The position numbers and the translations under genes are program-made. The notes under the pieces were generated by a model. It was not told where the DNA came from. It ran no database searches and saw only the letters and a program-made list of their open reading frames with translations. A stretch of 64,000 bases of DNA from an uncultured virus (IMG/VR IMGVR_UViG_3300032893_002794) (Duplodnaviria; Heunggongvirae; Uroviricota; Caudoviricetes). Shown in pieces: positions 8,091 to 18,138 of this stretch; position 1 is the first letter of the stretch; each line of letters begins with the position of its first letter. The stretch is from IMG/VR virus record IMGVR_UViG_3300032893_002794; one strand, written 5' to 3'.

Positions 8091-8121
8091 TTTTGACACT
8101 TGCTTCTTTCTGGTGGATAAT
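8091..8121 (+). promoter_or_regulatory. sigma70-like promoter
   Basis: TTGACA(8093)-17 nt-GATAAT. Confidence 0.65.
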
Positions 8122-8148
8122 CTTATCCAAGGAAGGAGATCAAAGAAC

Positions 8149-8394
8149 ATGATGACTGAGGCTCAGAAGAATGCGATGAGGCGGACGCAGCTCTTGCCGT
8201 TGCCCGACAAGATGAGCGAGTTCGAGCTCGGCTTCTACGCGTGGACCTGGCAGGTCGAGGCCGAGGTCGGCGCTGAGCTCGACGCCGCCTTCGGGACGGT
8301 CGTTGCTGGCAAGCTGCTCGCGGTCTCGGCGGACGGCGAGAACTTCGGCGAGGTGCTCGAGGGGCGGCGGGTGACCATGGTGGTGAGGGCCTGA
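8149..8394 (+). CDS. hypothetical protein
   Basis: AAGGAG RBS, ATG 8149. Confidence 0.6.
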   Translation: MMTEAQKNAMRRTQLLPLPDKMSEFELGFYAWTWQVEAEVGAELDAAFGTVVAGKLLAVSADGENFGEVLEGRRVTMVVRA

Positions 8395-8618
8395 TGTCTT
8401 TCATGACTAAGAGAATCGTCAGAGGTGCGGAGCCGGCGCGGGGAGAGCTCGAGGAGGTGGCCTTAGTTCTCGGCAGGGTCATCGAGGAGCAGCGCCTGAT
8501 GTCGGTCAGCAAGACGTGGGACGAGATGGCGGCGAAGATCGGAGAGGCGCAGCGGCACATCCTGCTTGAGCAGGCGCGCCAGATGATTGTCTTCTTCAAC
8601 TCGGTCGTGACCGGCTAG
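8394..8618 (+). CDS. hypothetical protein
   Basis: TGATG overlap with the upstream gene. Confidence 0.55.
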   Translation: MSFMTKRIVRGAEPARGELEEVALVLGRVIEEQRLMSVSKTWDEMAAKIGEAQRHILLEQARQMIVFFNSVVTG

Positions 8619-8742
8619 GGGAATACGTCGTGCTGAGCGATCTCTCGCCGATGTTCTTGGTGGCCTGGGTACTGACCCCCGTGACTCGCTGGCTGTACCG
8701 CTGCGTTCGTCGTCAGCAGGGAATAATCTAGGCTCGAGGCAC

Positions 8743-9762
8743 CTACTCGAGGTTTCCGATCCACACCACCTTCGGGGTCTCGCTCCGCATGGTCTCGTCT
8801 CTCAGCACCTCGGCGAAGCTCTGGTGCATGGGGTGGTCTCTGAGGTGTACGGCTCGAGCTCGGTACGAGGCGTCGTCGAACGTCCCCCAGTTGAGGAACT
8901 TCTGGAAGTGGATCTCGTCGGCGTGGAGGTCGGCGGCGAGCCTCACGAACGCCGGCATCTCGGCATAGTTGGCCGCCTGGACCACGAAGTTGAGCACCAC
9001 CCTGTCGACGAGCTCCTGCTCGCGCAGCGACTTGATGAAGTATAAGTTCGACCACGGCATCGCCAGGGGGCGGCTGCTCCCGTCCCGGCGGAGCTGGGCG
9101 TAGGTGGCGTCCGTGGCGGCGTCTAGCGACACCTGCAGCTCCCTGACGGTGGTCTGCCCGTCGGTCCAGCGGTTGGGTCCTACTAGGCGTTCCCACCTCT
9201 CCGGGTCGAGGAGGCGACCGTTCGTGCAGATCGCCAGTCTCAGGTTGGGGCACCTCGAGCGGTCGATGCTGTCCACGAGCGCCTGGTAGTGGCGGGAGGC
9301 CAGGGGCTCGCCGCCGCCGGCGAGGTACATGACGTCGACCAGCTCGAGCAGGGGCGACCTGGCCAGTCGAGCCGTGATCTCGGACATGGTGTAGGTCTCA
9401 TCTGGCGAGGGAGCGAACAGCTGTTGCCGGCAGGTGGGGCACGCCAGGTTGCAGGTGTGGTCGTAGGCGACGGCCAGCGCGTGGACGCGGAGATCTCGGG
9501 AGGGTGCGTACTCGCCTTGCACCTCGGTGATTGGTCCGGAGGGCGCCGGCAGGTAGGGGCACTGCCGGCAGCTCGAGAACGTCTTGTCGGCGACGTGGCG
9601 CCTCATCTCTGCTACCTTGTCGCCGCGCCACAGCTCCGAGGGGTCGGTGGTCAAGATGCTGCCCACGGGTCCGCAGGTCCACAGGGGGCAGCAGACGTAG
9701 ACGTCTCCACCTCGGTAGATCCCGAGGGTGTGGTCGGCCTGGGTGCAGTTGTAGTGGGTCAT
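8743..9762 (-). CDS. radical SAM protein with N-terminal SPASM/twitch-like Cys domain
   Basis: GDVYVCC..CRQCP then YDHTCNLACPTC, GGGEP, TNG, VSLDAA; ATGA overlap start at 9762. Confidence 0.85.
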   Translation of the reverse strand: MTHYNCTQADHTLGIYRGGDVYVCCPLWTCGPVGSILTTDPSELWRGDKVAEMRRHVADKTFSSCRQCPYLPAPSGPITEVQGEYAPSRDLRVHALAVAYDHTCNLACPTCRQQLFAPSPDETYTMSEITARLARSPLLELVDVMYLAGGGEPLASRHYQALVDSIDRSRCPNLRLAICTNGRLLDPERWERLVGPNRWTDGQTTVRELQVSLDAATDATYAQLRRDGSSRPLAMPWSNLYFIKSLREQELVDRVVLNFVVQAANYAEMPAFVRLAADLHADEIHFQKFLNWGTFDDASYRARAVHLRDHPMHQSFAEVLRDETMRSETPKVVWIGNLE

Positions 9763-10400
9763 CTCTTGTTCCACAGGCATGTGTACTTGCGCACCTCGTA
9801 CGATCCCGGCTCTAGGAGCTCGGCGATGGCCTGATCTTCTCCGGAGAATCCGATCTCGAAGTCGTGGATGCCGAGATGGCCTCCTACTTTTACTTTTGGC
9901 ATGTAGGCGAGGAGCTGTTCCCGAGTGTCTTCGTACGTGTGGATCGTGTCGATGAAGACGAAGTCGAGGCTCTCGTCCGCGTAGCACGAGGCCTGATCTT
10001 GGCCACGTCTGACTATCAGGTTGATGTAGTCAGAGAGCCCCGAGCGAGCAATGAAGCTCTCGGTGACGTTTCGCTGTCCTATCGGGGAGCTCAGTCGCAT
10101 CACCTCCTCGCGGGCGGCCTCCTCAGCTATTGGAGGGCACCACGAGCTCGGGGAGTGCACTGACGGAGAGTAGAACTCGACGATCTTGTGGTGGGGGATG
10201 AAGAGCGGGTCGACGGCGTCGAAGTATATGTGTTTTTTTGATCGGTGGATCTCCGAGGCCATGTAGACGGCTGACCTGCCGAACATGACCCCCACCTCGA
10301 CGAACCTTGCTCCACTAGCGGGAGCTCTCTCGACTGCCTCAGTGTAGACGTCCTCGAAGTCGAACCAGCCCGGGATGTCTCTCCACGTGATCTTGTCCAT
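9759..10400 (-). CDS. class I SAM-dependent methyltransferase (Methyltransf_24-like)
   Basis: FVEVGVMFGRS, FDAVD, LDFVFIDTIHTYE, GGHLGIHD. Confidence 0.85.
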   Translation of the reverse strand: MDKITWRDIPGWFDFEDVYTEAVERAPASGARFVEVGVMFGRSAVYMASEIHRSKKHIYFDAVDPLFIPHHKIVEFYSPSVHSPSSWCPPIAEEAAREEVMRLSSPIGQRNVTESFIARSGLSDYINLIVRRGQDQASCYADESLDFVFIDTIHTYEDTREQLLAYMPKVKVGGHLGIHDFEIGFSGEDQAIAELLEPGSYEVRKYTCLWNKR

Positions 10401-10409
10401 CTGACTCTC

Positions 10410-11441
10410 CTATGATATTTCTTTGAGTGTGGCGCTCTCGCGTCGGACGCTGTGGCTTATACCGCAGAGGGCGTAGCACTTGTTCATCTCTCTCCTCACG
10501 TCGTCAGCTCCCAGCCAGAATGACCTGAGGTCGCCTCTCCGCTCGAGCTTCTCGCCGCGGAAGCGGTCTGAGAAGCACAGTCGGGCGGTGCCGCGGAGGT
10601 CCACCATGACGTTGCGCTCGCCGCTGTTGCAGACGTGCTCACTCGTGGCGATCTTGTAGTACCAGTCCACGGCGTTCTCGAAGCTGCCCCTCATGAGCGA
10701 GTCGCAGTAGCTCTCCACCTGCTCTATCCAGACCGGGGAGAGGCGGAGGGAGTACTTCTGGTCGCACTCCCTGAGCTGCCTAGCGAGGTCTGCGCCGTCG
10801 ACGGAGTGGTGCTTGACGAAGAAGTGGTCGAACGTGCCCAGGCCGAAAGACGGCTGGAGCATGTTGATCTTGAGCTTGTCGGCGCCTACGTCTCGCAGCA
10901 CCAGGTGGTAGAGGGAGTCTAGATCTCGGCTGCTGTCGTCGTAGATGAGGGCCATGGCGAAGATGCGCCGGAAGGCGAGGGACCGGTCGCTCGACCTGGC
11001 AGACACCAGCAGCCGGAGGGCTCGCACGGCGGCCTGGAAGGCGCCCCTCGTCCCGCGGGAGGAGTCGTGCACGCTCTCGAGGTGGCTGTCGAGGGAGACA
11101 GTGATCTCGTCCGGGCCCTCGGACAGCACGTGGCGAGCCTCATCCATATTGTTGATGGTCGTGCCGTTGGTAACGGACAGAGAGCGAAGTCCGAGGGCTC
11201 GGCAGGCGGCGCACGCGCGGAAGTACGAGTCTCTCGCGAGCATGGGCTCACCGCCGCAGATGACGACCGACCCTCTCGGGGATAGATCGGCGAACTCGTC
11301 GATCACGTCGCACACGCGGTCGATCGACATTTTGGACTCTGGCGGCGGCTCTTTGGTCGTCCAGTAGTAGCAGTGCTGGCACCTGAGGTTGCACTCCGTG
11401 TTGATCGTGGTGAACAAGAATTTCGGCGGCGGCCTCGTCAT
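10410..11441 (-). CDS. radical SAM protein (C-terminal Cys cluster)
   Basis: CNLRCQHC, GGEP, TNG, VSLDS, HDSSRG; ATGA overlap start at 11441. Confidence 0.85.
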   Translation of the reverse strand: MTRPPPKFLFTTINTECNLRCQHCYYWTTKEPPPESKMSIDRVCDVIDEFADLSPRGSVVICGGEPMLARDSYFRACAACRALGLRSLSVTNGTTINNMDEARHVLSEGPDEITVSLDSHLESVHDSSRGTRGAFQAAVRALRLLVSARSSDRSLAFRRIFAMALIYDDSSRDLDSLYHLVLRDVGADKLKINMLQPSFGLGTFDHFFVKHHSVDGADLARQLRECDQKYSLRLSPVWIEQVESYCDSLMRGSFENAVDWYYKIATSEHVCNSGERNVMVDLRGTARLCFSDRFRGEKLERRGDLRSFWLGADDVRREMNKCYALCGISHSVRRESATLKEIS

Positions 11442-13174
11442 GGGAGCGGCTTCCGGTAGACGAACGAGCTCCACGGGGGCGGCACCTCGAAGGAGTCGCC
11501 CAGCACATCGCGCACGGCCAGCATGTGGCCCTCGTAGGGGGGGTAGAAGTCGTGCCCGGCTATCACACCGCCGGGTCGTAGCTTCGGGAGGTAGAGTCGC
11601 AGTATGGAGGCGGTGTCCTCGTAGGTGTGCGCGGTGTCGAAGAACACGAAGTCGAGGCTGCCGTCCTCGTAGTGCGAGGCCCGCTCCTGGCCGATCGACT
11701 TGACGAGGTTGACGTGAGATGTGAGCTCGGCCAGCTCCAAGAAGCGCTTCACGATCTGTTCGTGATCTTTGAGCTCTCGCACGGCTCGCCTCATGGCGAG
11801 CACGCCTGGCTTGGGAGCGGACCAGAGCCTCGTCGATGGCTCGAGCAGCTCGTACTGGTACTCGAGGTCGGAGGGATATGACAGGGCGAACTTGTCGACG
11901 GCGTCGAAGGCGATCTTCTTGCCGCTCTTGGCGATGGCTCTGGCCATGTAGGCCGTCGACCTGCCGTAGAGCACTCCTATCTCGACGAATCGGGCACCGT
12001 CGCTTGCCATATTGACGGCGTCGTCGTAGATCTGCTCGAAGTCGAAGTAGCCGGGCAGGTCCTGCCACGTGACGAGCGGGCGCTCTGTCTCGACGAGCTC
12101 GACTCTGGGAGTAGGTTCAGCGTCGAGGGGAGGTGTCACAGCGTCGGTCGGCTGGAAGCCAACCCAGAGGACGCGGTCCGGGTGCTCGGACTCGACCTGC
12201 GCCATGTTCTTCGCGAGCACGTCGCGCAGAGGGTGGGAGGGCAGGTGGACGGCCCGCTCGGCGTACTTGGTCCCGAGCCTCCAGGTTCCGTCTATGAGGC
12301 TACCGGTGTCCTCGTAGGTGCCTAGGTTGGCGAGCTCCACGAACTTGACGAGGTCAGCTTCGTAGTGTTGCGCGAGATCCATGAAGGCTGGTATCTCGCG
12401 CACGTTGTTGGCCTGCACGACGAAGCTGAGTCGCAGGGAATCGAGTCGGCCTCTCGTCCTCAGTCCCCGCAGGAAGCGCAGGTTCTCGCAGAGCATGTCC
12501 CAGTTGCCCCGGCGGTTCTCGCGGTACGTCTCGGGACAGGAGGCGTCGATGGACACCTCCACGGAGTCCACGTGGCGTGCGCCGTTGCCGATCTTGGTCC
12601 AGTTGTCGGGGGTGGCGAGGAGCCCGTTCGTGTAGAGGGATATCCGCAGTCCAGGGTAGCTCGAGGGAGTCAGGCCCCTGAGGAAGTCGAAGTATACGTC
12701 GGACGCGAATGGGTCGCCGCTGCCGGTGATGTGGAGGCGCCTCGTCGTCTCCAGCACCCTGCTCGACAGGACGCGCGAGTGTATGAGGTCTAGCCGCCTC
12801 TTGGTGAGGCCGCCGACACCGAAGTGGAATCTCTCCTTCCTGCAGGAGGGGCAGGCTAGGTTGCACCTCCGGTCGTACGACCAGTGGAGGTCAGTGACCG
12901 TGGTCGACGCGGGTGTCTCGCGTGGGTCGAGTGGTGGTTGAGGCACGACGATGCCGCCGTGCTTCGGCAGGAATGGGCACCTCCTGCAGTGGCGGTAGCT
13001 GCCGTCTCTGGCGCTCTCCCGCACGGACTCGGCCGCCTCGCTGTGGAGCACGGTGGGCAGGTCGTCGTCGATGAGGTTGCCGATCGGCACCGGCAGCCAG
13101 GTGGGGCAGCACAGCCACACGTCGCCGTTGAAGTCCACCTCGAGTCGCGAGAATGGTATCGTGCAGGCTCCCAT
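11438..13174 (-). CDS. SPASM-like + radical SAM + C-terminal methyltransferase fusion
   Basis: GDVWLCC, CNLACPSC, GSGDP; C-terminal FVEIGVLYGRS..DTAHTYE..GHDF paralogous to 9759-10400. Confidence 0.85.
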   Translation of the reverse strand: MGACTIPFSRLEVDFNGDVWLCCPTWLPVPIGNLIDDDLPTVLHSEAAESVRESARDGSYRHCRRCPFLPKHGGIVVPQPPLDPRETPASTTVTDLHWSYDRRCNLACPSCRKERFHFGVGGLTKRRLDLIHSRVLSSRVLETTRRLHITGSGDPFASDVYFDFLRGLTPSSYPGLRISLYTNGLLATPDNWTKIGNGARHVDSVEVSIDASCPETYRENRRGNWDMLCENLRFLRGLRTRGRLDSLRLSFVVQANNVREIPAFMDLAQHYEADLVKFVELANLGTYEDTGSLIDGTWRLGTKYAERAVHLPSHPLRDVLAKNMAQVESEHPDRVLWVGFQPTDAVTPPLDAEPTPRVELVETERPLVTWQDLPGYFDFEQIYDDAVNMASDGARFVEIGVLYGRSTAYMARAIAKSGKKIAFDAVDKFALSYPSDLEYQYELLEPSTRLWSAPKPGVLAMRRAVRELKDHEQIVKRFLELAELTSHVNLVKSIGQERASHYEDGSLDFVFFDTAHTYEDTASILRLYLPKLRPGGVIAGHDFYPPYEGHMLAVRDVLGDSFEVPPPWSSFVYRKPLP

Positions 13175-13182
13175 CTTTCCTC

Positions 13183-14202
13183 CTACGGTCGGTTGAAGCC
13201 CATCCAGTAGATCTTGACCTTCTCGTGGGGTTCGCGCTGTCTTATCTCCTCGAGCACAGACAGGAGCTCGGGGTGGCGCGGGTGCGACGCGAGCTGGACG
13301 GCCTTGCTGGAGTAGTCGGCCTCGTATTCTTGGTTCTTGAGATAGTTAAACCAGTCGCGTATCTCCATGAACGCCACGCAGTCGACGCCGTGGCTGGTCA
13401 TGAGGTCGAGAAACGCCGGCATCTCGTGGAAGTTGTTCTCCTGCACGACGAACATGGCGTGGAGCTCGAAGGGTCGCTGGCGGGATCGCTTCTCGCTGTT
13501 GATGAAGTCTAAGTTCGCGAGCAGGCGATTCCAGTCGCCTCCTCGGTTCTTCGCGTAGGTCTCCGCGCAGGCGGCGTCCACGGAGATCTGGATCTCGTGC
13601 AGGTTGAGGTGGTCGAGCGACAGGGAGCCCCACAGCTCGGGAGTGCAGAGCAGCCCGTTCGTGCAGAGTCCGACCCTGAGTCCGGAAAATCGCTCTGCTG
13701 ACAGTTGTCGCAGCAGCTCTCGCCCGTAGTGCGAGGCCAGGGGGTCGCCGCTGCCTGACAGGTGGAGTATGTTCACGCGCTCGAGCACGCCGCTCGCCAG
13801 CAGTTTCGACTGTATCGCGGCGACGGACCGGTGGTCGGCTTCTGAGAGTGAGAGGTGGCCCTTCCGGCAGGACGGGCACGCTAGGTTGCACGTCTTGTCG
13901 TAGGAGAGGTACAGGTGGTCGATCACGTCGGTGTCGGGCGCCGGCCCCCAGGGAACGACCGTCCCCTGCGGTCCGGGCAGGAAGGGGCAGCTCGTGCAGT
14001 GCCGGTAGCTGCCGTCCCTGACGCTCATCCTGATCTCCTGGGCTATCTTGCCGTGCCACAGGTCGAGCAGGTCATTGTCCATTATGTTTCCGATTTCGAG
14101 CGGCAGCCATGCCGGGCAGCACAGCCATACGGCTCCCTGGTAGCCGACCTCGAGTCGTATGAACGGGTTCCTGCAGTAGGTGTCTGGGTGGTTAAAATTC
14201 AT
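13183..14202 (-). CDS. radical SAM protein with N-terminal SPASM/twitch-like domain
   Basis: GAVWLCC, YDKTCNLACPSC, GSGDP, ISVDAA. Confidence 0.85.
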   Translation of the reverse strand: MNFNHPDTYCRNPFIRLEVGYQGAVWLCCPAWLPLEIGNIMDNDLLDLWHGKIAQEIRMSVRDGSYRHCTSCPFLPGPQGTVVPWGPAPDTDVIDHLYLSYDKTCNLACPSCRKGHLSLSEADHRSVAAIQSKLLASGVLERVNILHLSGSGDPLASHYGRELLRQLSAERFSGLRVGLCTNGLLCTPELWGSLSLDHLNLHEIQISVDAACAETYAKNRGGDWNRLLANLDFINSEKRSRQRPFELHAMFVVQENNFHEMPAFLDLMTSHGVDCVAFMEIRDWFNYLKNQEYEADYSSKAVQLASHPRHPELLSVLEEIRQREPHEKVKIYWMGFNRP

Positions 14203-14779
14203 AGTGGAATGTCTCCGCGTCTTTACTGAAGTGGTTCAAGAAGAGTCTCATAGTCTCGGCGTCGTAGTACGCGTGGTAGTCCGGTCTCTCCACCCTGCGG
14301 GCGTTGCACTTGGCCAGTGTGGAGCGCGGCTTCTTGATGAGGTCGCATACGCGGTCCCAGTCCTCCTGGATGCGCTCGAACTGCATGAGGAAGTCCACGG
14401 CCGGGGGGGAGTCGGGGCCCTCGCACAGTGTGTCTCGCTGGAGCCTCGTGAGGTGGGAGTAGGCGTGCTGCTCTCCCTCGGGGCGGGATCTGTCGAATTG
14501 AGGCAGATTGCGCAGCAGATCTCTGAAGGTCATGTCCTTGTCGATCCAGCCCATGTACTGGCAGTGGTGCCAGGCGGACACGAGTCGGTCCCACGGGTTC
14601 CTAACTATCGAGAAGCGGAAGTAGTCCCTGTAGCTGGTGAGGTACTCTGGGGTCTGGGTGCCGGAGCACATGTGGAGGGCGTCTCTGTCCAGCCATTCTA
14701 GTCCGAAGGCGCTCAAGATCGACGTGCTCGCCACCTTCAGCTGCTGGACGAAGATGCACTTGTGCTCGTGGGATATCAT
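14192..14779 (-). CDS. sulfotransferase family 2 protein
   Basis: MISHEHKCIFV..KVASTSI (5'-PSB-like), FSIVRNPWDRLVSAW (3'-PB), FERIQEDW, Y..YYD. Confidence 0.85.
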   Translation of the reverse strand: MISHEHKCIFVQQLKVASTSILSAFGLEWLDRDALHMCSGTQTPEYLTSYRDYFRFSIVRNPWDRLVSAWHHCQYMGWIDKDMTFRDLLRNLPQFDRSRPEGEQHAYSHLTRLQRDTLCEGPDSPPAVDFLMQFERIQEDWDRVCDLIKKPRSTLAKCNARRVERPDYHAYYDAETMRLFLNHFSKDAETFHYEF

Positions 14780-15552
14780 GTTATCTCATTGCACTTCCAG
14801 TAGCGCTCTGCTACTTCTCTGCATGACCACTCGGTCATGCGGTCGTCCATCGTCCACGGTCGCTCGACGATGATCTTCTTGCTCATGTCGATGAGGTCCG
14901 CTCTCGGATCTCGGCGGCTCGTCATGGCATCCCCTATCGACAGGTTCTCGTAGCGCTTCTTGTCCGAGTGTGAGATGTGCTCCAGGGCGACGACGTCGAC
15001 CTCTCTCCACACGAGCCCGTTGACCGACATGCGGAAGTAGAGATCGTCGTCCTCTCGGCCGTAGTGGACAAGTCTCTCGTTGTAGCCGTTGATCGCTAGT
15101 ACGTCTTTAGGGTCTACGAGCAGCGTGCCGCTCAGGTTGCGCTTGTCGCTGACGAGGGGAGGTACCGTGCGCCAGTTGCCGGCGTAGAAGTCGTCTCCCC
15201 GCAGGGGGTGTAGCCTCAGGAAGTCGGGCCGCACGAGCACGTCGTTGTCGAGGCGGAGCAGTATGACGTCATTGCATTGGAGTCCGAGAAGTCCACCTCC
15301 TGAGGCTATGCGCACCTCCAGGTTGTGGCACTTGGAGTTCTGCCAGTGCGACTGTCCCTCCGCGCGGTAGATGCGCACGCGAGGGTCGTCCAAGAAGTCC
15401 ACGGCATCTCGGATGGGGATCTTTGAGCCCCAGTCGACTATGATGACCATGTCTACTTCCTTGAGAGCCAGCCAGGTGGACAAGGCTCGGCACAGGGGCC
15501 ATAGCCGGTCGCGCGATCCTGTTGTAACGATGACTCTGCGGTCTCCTGTCAA
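14776..15552 (-). CDS. glycosyltransferase (GT2/GT7 galactosyltransferase-like)
   Basis: IIVDWGS, LRLDNDV, INGYNERLVHYGREDDDLYFR; TTGA overlap start with GAGGAG RBS. Confidence 0.8.
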   Translation of the reverse strand: MTGDRRVIVTTGSRDRLWPLCRALSTWLALKEVDMVIIVDWGSKIPIRDAVDFLDDPRVRIYRAEGQSHWQNSKCHNLEVRIASGGGLLGLQCNDVILLRLDNDVLVRPDFLRLHPLRGDDFYAGNWRTVPPLVSDKRNLSGTLLVDPKDVLAINGYNERLVHYGREDDDLYFRMSVNGLVWREVDVVALEHISHSDKKRYENLSIGDAMTSRRDPRADLIDMSKKIIVERPWTMDDRMTEWSCREVAERYWKCNEIT

Positions 15553-16556
15553 GGTATCTCCTCTCGTGCCAGAGCCAAGATCGTCGTGTGGGGGCGACAG
15601 TCGTGGGCGAAGAAACTGTCTGAGAGTTGGGCCGTGCGCACTCTCTCGTCGCGTAGAGATGGATCTCTCAATACCCGCACGAGCTCTGTGTGCAGTGGGT
15701 GGGAGGGGAACTGCACGGCCCGCTGCCTGTACTCGGCGTCGCTCCACGCTCCCCACTGGTTGACGGCGTCGAATCGCACGCAGCTCGCCTTCCACGACAG
15801 GGCGAGCTCGACGAACGCCGGCATCTCGCGGAAGTTGTTGGCCTGGACGACGAAGTTGACCCTCAGCGGGACGCCGCAGTCGACTATCCTCGACAGGTTG
15901 GCGCAGAGGCGCTCGAAGTCTCCACCCCTCCGGTTCTTGGCGTAGGTCTCGGCGGTGGCGGCGTCCACTGAGATCTCAGCTCCGTATATCGGCTTGCCGT
16001 ATCCGCGTATCTTGTCGACGACCTGGGGACTGAGCCAGAGGCCGTTCGAGCACAGTATGATGCCGAGCTGCGGGTGGCAGTCTATGTCTTTCCACCTCCT
16101 CATGAGGTCCCAGAACAGCTTCGAGGCCAGCGGCTCGCCGCTGCCGGATATTGACACTGATCTCGCGATCTTGTAGATGCCGGACTTGATGGTGGCCTCG
16201 TGCACTTCTCGCGACCTGGGGCTGTGCTTGACCAGATCTCTGCGACAGCTGGGGCAGGAGATGTTGCAGGTGTAGTCGTAGGCTAAGGCTAGGCAGTCTA
16301 TGGTCGAGAGGTCGATGCTCGCGGGTGGCGGCCGTCTCTCGATGAGCTCTGGGCACCTGCAGTCTGCGCAGTAGCGGAAGCTCTGGTCTAGGATGGACTG
16401 CCTCTTCTCAGCCGCGAGGGGTCCGGTCCATATCGCGGAGACGTCGTCGGTCAGTATGTTGCCCACGGGCAGGGTGTTCCAGGTGAACCCGTAGCACAGG
16501 CTCGCCTCACCGTTGGTGTAGATGTGCAGTCTCGAAAAGGGCGTGGGGCAGAACAT
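15549..16556 (-). CDS. radical SAM protein with N-terminal SPASM/twitch-like domain
   Basis: CPTPF..NGEASLC, YDYTCNISCPSC, GSGEP, ISVDAA. Confidence 0.85.
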   Translation of the reverse strand: MFCPTPFSRLHIYTNGEASLCYGFTWNTLPVGNILTDDVSAIWTGPLAAEKRQSILDQSFRYCADCRCPELIERRPPPASIDLSTIDCLALAYDYTCNISCPSCRRDLVKHSPRSREVHEATIKSGIYKIARSVSISGSGEPLASKLFWDLMRRWKDIDCHPQLGIILCSNGLWLSPQVVDKIRGYGKPIYGAEISVDAATAETYAKNRRGGDFERLCANLSRIVDCGVPLRVNFVVQANNFREMPAFVELALSWKASCVRFDAVNQWGAWSDAEYRQRAVQFPSHPLHTELVRVLRDPSLRDERVRTAQLSDSFFAHDCRPHTTILALAREEIP

Positions 16557-16563
16557 CTCTAGC

Positions 16564-17091
16564 TCACGGTTTTGGGTGCTTCCGCCAGGGGGCTCGGAGG
16601 ACGCGGAGGTAGTCCGAGGGGTGGGAGTCGAGCCAGGCCACCCGGTTGACCACGCAACGGAAAAATTCGACCAGCTCGGTTTTAGGGCTCTTCGCGGGCT
16701 CGTTCGCGCACACGAACGATCGCGGGTTGAAGCGGTCGCCGATGTTTCTTGACCCTCGGTAGATCGGTATGCTCAGGTCCATCATGGCCTCTACTACTCG
16801 AGGGGAGGCCAATGTCGAGGGGTCTTCGCAGGTGACGGTGAGCTTGTACGGTGACAGTGGTATAGTAGGATCTTCGATGGGGTGGACTACGTCGACTGGT
16901 GCGTATTTTGACAGCATCTCGACGAGGAGTATCGACTCGGGGGTGTCGAGGGGGTGGCGGACGCAGCAGCACCTCGTCTTCCAGCTGATAATCTCCTCGA
17001 GCACTTTGTCGGGGGGCTTGTCCATGGTTCTCATGGGGCACGACGGAGTCGCGCTGTGGATGAGATTGGTGTGGAGGGTGCTGGAGGTCAT
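16564..17091 (-). CDS. degenerate GT10 (alpha-1,3-fucosyltransferase)-like C-terminal domain protein
   Basis: YKLTVTCE..EAM..SIPIYRGS..FNPRSFV resembles GT10 YKF.LAFEN..IPIYWG..FNP.SFI but lacks the Y.TEK motif. Confidence 0.5.
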   Translation of the reverse strand: MTSSTLHTNLIHSATPSCPMRTMDKPPDKVLEEIISWKTRCCCVRHPLDTPESILLVEMLSKYAPVDVVHPIEDPTIPLSPYKLTVTCEDPSTLASPRVVEAMMDLSIPIYRGSRNIGDRFNPRSFVCANEPAKSPKTELVEFFRCVVNRVAWLDSHPSDYLRVLRAPWRKHPKP

Positions 17092-18095
17092 TTTGCAGGT
17101 AGTAGCTTGAGCAGGTCGCCGAGTCTCACGTGCTCTGCTCTAAGGTGGGGGGACGTCATCACGTCTAAGAGCTCGTCGTGGAGGGGGTGCGATGGGCTGC
17201 CGACGTCGAGATCGGCGAATTCTTCCCGAGACAGGTGGCCCCAGTCCTGGACGCGCAGGAAGTTGACCTTGACGCCGAGATCTCTCATCTCTAAGGCGAC
17301 GTCGGGCATCTCCCGGAAGTTGACGGCTGACACCACGAATATCGCTACGAGGTCGATATGGTCGGAGTCCTTGATCTCCTGGAGGGAGAGCAGGTTGGAC
17401 TTGACGACCTTGAAGTTGCCGCCTCGCACCTTGGCGTACGTCTCGGGGGTGGAGGCGTCCAGCGATCCACAGATCTGCGACACGCGGCCGCGCCACCCGA
17501 GGGCCTCCAGCTCGCGGGCACCGAAGGTCGTGAGGTTGGTCAGGAGCTCCAGCCTCAGCCTCGGGTGCTCCCGCAGTGCCTGGCTGGCGAACTGGCAGAG
17601 CTCCTCGCTCAGCGAGAACTCGCCCGAGCCGCAGAGCTTGAGCACGTCGGCCGCGGGCAGGGAGCGCCGCACGCTCGACAGGACGGTCGCGAGGCGAGGG
17701 TCAGATCCCCTGTAGTGAGTCTTGCGGCAGGAGGTGCAGGCGAGGTTGCACGATCTCTCGTTGGAGAGCGAGAGTCGCAGGGGGGCTCTGGGGTAGGGCA
17801 TCATCTCCGCGGGCTCCAGGGGTCGCAGGGCCATCGTGTGGCGCCACCAGTCGGCTGTGGGGACGATAGGCTGCTCCAGTATGGGGCATGTCGAGCGGCG
17901 GCAGTACTTGTAGTCGCCGACTAGGATGTCCTGCCGGATGCGGACTGCAGTGGGCGACCACCAGACGTCGATCACTTCCCGACCCACCAAGCTCCCGACG
18001 GAGGTCGGCAGGTGGCAGCACAGGTACACGCAGTGGTCGTGGCCCACCTCGCAGTGTTGCCACGGTACCGGGCACACGAGTCCCTTCATGTCCAT
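17088..18095 (-). CDS. radical SAM protein with N-terminal SPASM/twitch-like domain
   Basis: CPVPW..VYLCC, CNLACTSC, GSGE, SLDAST. Confidence 0.85.
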   Translation of the reverse strand: MDMKGLVCPVPWQHCEVGHDHCVYLCCHLPTSVGSLVGREVIDVWWSPTAVRIRQDILVGDYKYCRRSTCPILEQPIVPTADWWRHTMALRPLEPAEMMPYPRAPLRLSLSNERSCNLACTSCRKTHYRGSDPRLATVLSSVRRSLPAADVLKLCGSGEFSLSEELCQFASQALREHPRLRLELLTNLTTFGARELEALGWRGRVSQICGSLDASTPETYAKVRGGNFKVVKSNLLSLQEIKDSDHIDLVAIFVVSAVNFREMPDVALEMRDLGVKVNFLRVQDWGHLSREEFADLDVGSPSHPLHDELLDVMTSPHLRAEHVRLGDLLKLLPAK

Positions 18096-18138
18096 TTTAA
18101 GGCATCTTTCGGAGATTCGATCTTGTCGTCATGAATCC

